From: an uncultured Acidobacteriota bacterium
GTDB lineage: Bacteria > Acidobacteriota > Vicinamibacteria > Vicinamibacterales > UBA2999
Direction: 5' to 3'
Assembly: GCA_963723005.1 (NCBI GenBank)
Contig: CAVRPA010000008.1
Span: 584,479-648,478 of the forward strand
DNA length: 64,000 nucleotides
This document shows, in pieces, positions 59,984 to 64,000 of this stretch (its first letter is position 1; each line of letters opens with the position of its first letter). Under the pieces are notes generated by a model. That model saw nothing but the letters and a program-made list of their open reading frames with translations, searched no databases and was not told where the DNA came from. Made by a program: the position numbers and the translations under genes.

Positions 59984-61489
59984 TCAGACCTGATCCTGGA
60001 GGAATGACGCCAGGAGCTCCCGCGACTGCTGGACGACGCCGCGGCGCTGCCACGCCTCCAACGTCAGGCGGGTGCTCACCGCTTCGTCGGCGTGATAGGT
60101 GCCCTCCAGTTCCGCCACCAGCGCCGCATCGGTGAACGAGATGTTGCTCTCCTCGTTGAACGCGAACGAGCGGTTGTCGAAGTTCGTGGTGCCAATCGTC
60201 GCCCATCGCCCGTCCACCACCATCGTCTTGTGGTGCAGCATCGTGCGGTCGTACTCGAACACGGCAATGCCGGCGCGGAGCAGCGGCCCGTACAGCCGGA
60301 TGCTGTTGTTCCGTGCCAGCCAGTTGTCGTTGAAGCGGCCGCACACGGTGATGCGAACGTCCACGCCGCGGCGGCGCGCCTCGACCAGCGCCTCGATCGC
60401 CGTGTGATCCGGGATGAAGTAGGGATTTGCGATCAGGATTGATTTGCGCGCGCAGATGATCGCGAAGTAGTAGATGATGCGCGCTGCCGAGGCGCCGGCG
60501 GAGGGCGAGCTGAGCATGCCGTGGATGGAGACGTCCCCCGCCGCGGGAATCGTCGGAAAGAAGCGGGGACCACTCACCAGTTCGCGGGTCGTCTGCAGCC
60601 AGTTCTGTGCGAACCCGGTCTGGAGCGGAACGATGCCCGGCCCCTCGATCTCGATCTGCATGTCGCGCCAGTGCTCCGGGTCCTCGGCGTTGCCAGTCCA
60701 CTGATCGGCGATCCCCGCACCTCCGGTGAAGCCCACCCGGCCATCGACGACCAGCGTCTTGCGATGCGTGCGGTAGTTGAAGCGTCCGATCGAGAAGGGG
60801 CGGATCGGGTTGAACCACGCCAGCTCGCAGCCGCCCGACTCCAGGACCTGCAGGATCTCGGTGCCGATGCTGGACGAGCCCACGGCGTCGAGCAGGATCT
60901 TGACGCTCACCCCGCTCCGCGCGCGATCGGCCAGCGCCTCGGCGAACTCCATGCCGACGCGACCCTTCCAGTAGATATAGGCCTCGATCGTGATCGACTC
61001 GGACGCCTCGCGCACGGCGCTCAGCATCGCGGGATAGAACTCGTCGCCGTTGTTGAGCAGCCGCACCCGGTTGCCGTCGATCATCGGCATGCCGGTGAGC
61101 CCGACCACGCTCGGCAGGTAGGCCGCCGAATTGACGGTGGTGTCGTGATCCAGCCCGTAGGCCGGCGGCTGCTCGTACGGCGCGATCAGATAGGTGGCGA
61201 GCGCGACCAGCGCGAAGCTCACCGCCGTCCACCACCGGTCGGCGTACAAGGCCGCGGCGGCGATCGTCAGCCACAGCCCCCACGACCACAACAGGCGCCG
61301 CGCCCTCGTCCACAGCCCGGGAATGCCGTGCGGCCGGCGCTTGCGCGTCTCCAGCGGCTCCAGCCGATGACGCCATTTCCTGGGGACCCGAGACACTCGC
61401 AGCTTGACGCGAGGGCGGGCCGGCGAGCGACGGGGGGCCGCGCGCATCAGCGGAGCACGAGGTAGGGATCGATCGGCAGGCCCTGCCAC
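59984..61489 (-). CDS. cls: cardiolipin synthase (PLD superfamily, two HKD motifs)
   Basis: 'HRKTLVVDGRVGFTGGAGI' and 'HHKTMVVDGRWATIGTTNFDNRS'. N-terminal TM pair. An alternative start at Met15 (about 61447) would abut the upstream stop. Confidence 0.85.
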   Translation of the reverse strand: MAGPADRSLPRAPLMRAAPRRSPARPRVKLRVSRVPRKWRHRLEPLETRKRRPHGIPGLWTRARRLLWSWGLWLTIAAAALYADRWWTAVSFALVALATYLIAPYEQPPAYGLDHDTTVNSAAYLPSVVGLTGMPMIDGNRVRLLNNGDEFYPAMLSAVREASESITIEAYIYWKGRVGMEFAEALADRARSGVSVKILLDAVGSSSIGTEILQVLESGGCELAWFNPIRPFSIGRFNYRTHRKTLVVDGRVGFTGGAGIADQWTGNAEDPEHWRDMQIEIEGPGIVPLQTGFAQNWLQTTRELVSGPRFFPTIPAAGDVSIHGMLSSPSAGASAARIIYYFAIICARKSILIANPYFIPDHTAIEALVEARRRGVDVRITVCGRFNDNWLARNNSIRLYGPLLRAGIAVFEYDRTMLHHKTMVVDGRWATIGTTNFDNRSFAFNEESNISFTDAALVAELEGTYHADEAVSTRLTLEAWQRRGVVQQSRELLASFLQDQV

Positions 61490-62289
61490 CAGTGGCGGTC
61501 GGAGCCCAGCTTGAAGACCGCGAAATGCAGGTGAGGCGCGTCGGGCGACGCGTTGCCCGACGAGCCGACGTAACCAATCACCTCGCCCGCCGTCACCACT
61601 TTGCCTTCGTCGAGCGTGTGCGAGTAGCGATCGAGGTGCGCGTAGTAGTAGCAGAACGACTCGGACGGGTCGAACTGGTAGATGGTCAGACCACCCTTCT
61701 TGCTCGTGAACAGCTTTGCGATGCGCCCGCTTTCAACCGCCAGCACCGGCGTGCCGCGCGCCGCCATGATGTCCATGGCTTCGTGACTGCCAGCGCCACG
61801 AGCCTGGTGAAAGTTGGACATGAGCGTCGCCCGGTCAACGCCTTCCACGGGAATGCGCAATCGTCTGGCCCGCAGGCTGTCCACGTCATCCTGCGATACA
61901 ACCGCATCAGGCACGTCGGTCGTCCCGGTCGTGCCCGTGGCGACCGGCGAGTCGGCGGACGCAGCGCTCTCAGCGATGGCGGGCACGCCGCCCGACGTCG
62001 CGGATTCTGGAGACCGGGCCGCTGAAGGCGACGAGTATCGCGGGTTCGGGAGCGATTCGTCTGCGGGCGCGCCCGGCCCACGCGTGTGCTGCGTGGCGTC
62101 GGCTCCGGCCCGCCTCGGCGCAGTGGTGGCCGGCGGCTCTGTCCGCGGCGCGGCAACGGTGTCGCGCGGGTTCCAGAACTCCGCAATCACCCGCGCACCG
62201 ACCCACCACACACCGAGGATCACGACCAGCACCAGCGCCGGCGCCACGACGTCCTCGCGGAGCATTCGACGCCGGCCAGGCCGTGTCAT
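61447..62289 (-). CDS. M23-family metallopeptidase with N-terminal membrane anchor and low-complexity linker
   Basis: 'HEAMDIMAARGTPVLAVESG...YYYAHLD...GYVGSSGNASPDAPHLHFAV' (HxxxD ... HxH). The ATG overlaps the upstream stop (ATGA). Confidence 0.85.
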   Translation of the reverse strand: MTRPGRRRMLREDVVAPALVLVVILGVWWVGARVIAEFWNPRDTVAAPRTEPPATTAPRRAGADATQHTRGPGAPADESLPNPRYSSPSAARSPESATSGGVPAIAESAASADSPVATGTTGTTDVPDAVVSQDDVDSLRARRLRIPVEGVDRATLMSNFHQARGAGSHEAMDIMAARGTPVLAVESGRIAKLFTSKKGGLTIYQFDPSESFCYYYAHLDRYSHTLDEGKVVTAGEVIGYVGSSGNASPDAPHLHFAVFKLGSDRHWWQGLPIDPYLVLR

Positions 62290-63314
62290 TGCAGGACGAC
62301 CTTGGTTCCCGGGCCGACCAGCGCCGCCAGCCGCATCGCATCCCAGTTCGTCAGGCGCAGGCAGCCATGAGACTGCGACCGCCCGATGCGCGCCGGTTCC
62401 GGTGTGCCATGGAAACCCAGGTGCTCCTTGTTGAGATCGATCCAGACCACACCGACCGGGTTGTTGGGGCCGGGTGCAATCGTGGCCTTGGCGTGCGATG
62501 CGTCCGCATCCCAGAAGAGATCCGGGTTGTAGTGGAACTTCGGCAGCACCGCCGTGCCGTTGACTTTCCATTCGCCCTTCGGCAACGGATCCTTCTCGCT
62601 CCCCATCGATACCGGCGCATGGAACACCAGCGTGCCGTCGGCCTTCGTCACGTCGAGCGAGCGCGACGCTTCCGACACCACGATCGTCGCAGGCCCTCCA
62701 GCAACGGGCGCCGGCTTGTCCTGGCCGCTCGCCGGCACGGTGAATGGTTCGACGTTCGGCACCACCAGCCGCTCGCCAGCCGCGAACCGTGCGCCGGGGT
62801 TCAAGCGGCGCAACAGCGCCGGACTGGCGTGGAACCGCTCCGCGATCATCTCGGCCGCCGACGAGTAGCCGAGCGCCTCGAGGCCGGCCATCGCCATCAT
62901 GTCCTCGGCCGTGGCGTGCACGAACGGACCGGCCGCGTCCTGCTCCGTCAGCACGTAGTCGACGACGGGGGACTTGTAGGGTTCGCCCAGGGCGGCCACC
63001 GTGGCCCAATCGGCGAGGCCGGTTTCAGCGAGCTCGCGTGACCGCTGGAACGCGCGCAGCGCGCGATCGGTATTCGCTCCGGCGGCGGCATCGAGCTCGC
63101 CCGGCGAGAACCCGGCACGATCGAGCGCTACCTGAATCGCAAGATGTTCGGTGGCCTGCCGAGGCAGCGTGGCAACGGTCGCGGGTTGTGACTGCGGGGC
63201 GCCGGTCGGGGCGCCGGTCCCAGGTGACTGAGGCGCGGCGATCAGCGTCCCTGCAAACGCGGCCGCGGCAACGATGGTCGTCAAGAACGTCGGGCAGGTG
63301 CGGGTCTGGTGCAT
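62286..63314 (-). CDS. L,D-transpeptidase (YkuD) with peptidoglycan-binding domain
   Basis: 'LGFHGTPEPARIGRSQSHGCLRLTNWD' is the catalytic motif. PG_binding-like 'LDRAGFSPGELDAAAGANTDRALRAFQ'. Signal peptide present. Confidence 0.85.
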   Translation of the reverse strand: MHQTRTCPTFLTTIVAAAAFAGTLIAAPQSPGTGAPTGAPQSQPATVATLPRQATEHLAIQVALDRAGFSPGELDAAAGANTDRALRAFQRSRELAETGLADWATVAALGEPYKSPVVDYVLTEQDAAGPFVHATAEDMMAMAGLEALGYSSAAEMIAERFHASPALLRRLNPGARFAAGERLVVPNVEPFTVPASGQDKPAPVAGGPATIVVSEASRSLDVTKADGTLVFHAPVSMGSEKDPLPKGEWKVNGTAVLPKFHYNPDLFWDADASHAKATIAPGPNNPVGVVWIDLNKEHLGFHGTPEPARIGRSQSHGCLRLTNWDAMRLAALVGPGTKVVLQ

Positions 63315-63493
63315 GGTCCTGCTATGACGTCAGCAATGGGCGTACCACGCCCCTCCACGCACCAGCTGACGGCCAGAGGCAGGCGATGTGGAGCCGAACG
63401 CCCAGAAAGAGCAGCCGGATGCCGTTTGCAGAGCTGGCAGGCGGCGTTGAAGCTGGCACGTACCTTGAAGTCCAGCTGCCTCGGAGGAACGCC

Positions 63494-64000
63494 GTGAAAA
63501 CACTGCAGTCGATGTTAGGTGTCGTTCTGGCCGTCTCGTCGCTCGCGGCGAGCCCGCTGGTCGAACCGGCCCGGCAGGATCAGCGGGTCAATCCGACTGG
63601 CGCCGCGGTCCAGGCGTTCCAGAAAGCGGTGGCCGACTACGTGAAGGTTCACAACGAGGCTGAATCGAAGGTTCCGGCCCTCTCTGAAACCAAGGATCCC
63701 GCGAAGATCTCCGCCCGTGAAGTGGCCCTGGGTGAGGCAATCAAGGGGCTGCGGACCGGCGCCAAGCCAGGCGACATCTTCGTCCCCGAGGTGCAGCCCG
63801 TGTTCATCGAGGCGGTGCGCCGCGATTTCTCGTCGCGAACCGCGGCCGATCGCAAGGCCATGGTGGAGGAGTTGCCGAAGCAGATGACCCTGACCATCAA
63901 CATGGTCTACCCGACCACGCTGCCGCTGGCGACGTTCCCGGCAAAGCTCCTGCGCTCGCTGCCGGACCTCCCGCCCGAGCTCGAATACCGCATCGTCGGA
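63494..64000 (+). CDS. hypothetical secreted protein, 5' part (runs off the window)
   Basis: GGAGGA (63483-63488) then GTG. VKTLQSMLGVVLAVSSLAASPL is a signal-like N-terminus. The frame is open to the window end, so it is absent from the ORF track. Confidence 0.5.
   Translation, partial: MKTLQSMLGVVLAVSSLAASPLVEPARQDQRVNPTGAAVQAFQKAVADYVKVHNEAESKVPALSETKDPAKISAREVALGEAIKGLRTGAKPGDIFVPEVQPVFIEAVRRDFSSRTAADRKAMVEELPKQMTLTINMVYPTTLPLATFPAKLLRSLPDLPPELEYRIVG

Noticed and set aside
57250-61449. Apparent 1-nt disagreements between my base counting and the ORF-track ends (rpiB stop, M23 stop and start)
   Set aside because: Most likely these are my own counting errors in runs of identical bases rather than a real feature. 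I kept the ORF-track coordinates and flag hand-derived coordinates as accurate to about 2 nt.

Overview
High-GC (roughly 68-70 % by eye) bacterial chromosomal segment. It is most plausibly Acidobacteriota, because it carries an ADOP-type duplicated FtsX permease and many secreted BNR/NHL/TPR proteins. About 55 protein-coding loci are supportable. I saw no rRNA, tRNA, CRISPR array, transposase or integrase. The many long ORFs in the track that run antisense to recognisable genes are GC-driven artefacts.

Intact housekeeping genes:
- mutS2, lepA-lepB, glyA, citrate synthase, pilT, rpiB and a DinG/XPD-like helicase.
- A minus-strand run TPR-yggS-divIVA-yggU-hutI-cyclodeaminase.
- An ldt-M23-cls envelope operon.

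Accessory content:
- Transporters: DASS, MatC-like, APC, GltS and a LivK-type binding protein.
- A CoA-transferase/crotonase pair.
- A betaine-like Rieske/FAD oxidation module with a GlxA-type regulator.
- A GMC oxidoreductase with its small subunit.
- GT2 and GT-C-like envelope glycosyltransferases.
- A class A beta-lactamase-like hydrolase.

Four observations stand out:
1. An unannotated 76-residue SelW/Rdx-family selenoprotein gene (20177-20407, minus). It has a CxxU motif encoded by an in-frame TGA and a SECIS-like hairpin. The ORF track cannot see it.
2. Many intergenic spacers are built entirely of phased 7-nt tandem repeats. One family shows the series AAGCCCC > AAGCCTC > AAGACCC. It occurs at three loci, always in the same polarity and ending just before the downstream start codon.
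3. About 20 reading-frame disruptions are concentrated in about 11 accessory or envelope genes, while the long housekeeping genes are intact.
4. Two very short divergent intergenic regions have a central TATA-type element at leaderless-mRNA distance from both start codons.

Caveats: every functional call is motif or family recognition by eye, with no searches run. Coordinates I derived by hand counting may be off by 1-2 nt. I found 1-nt disagreements between my count and the ORF track near the rpiB and M23 gene ends.
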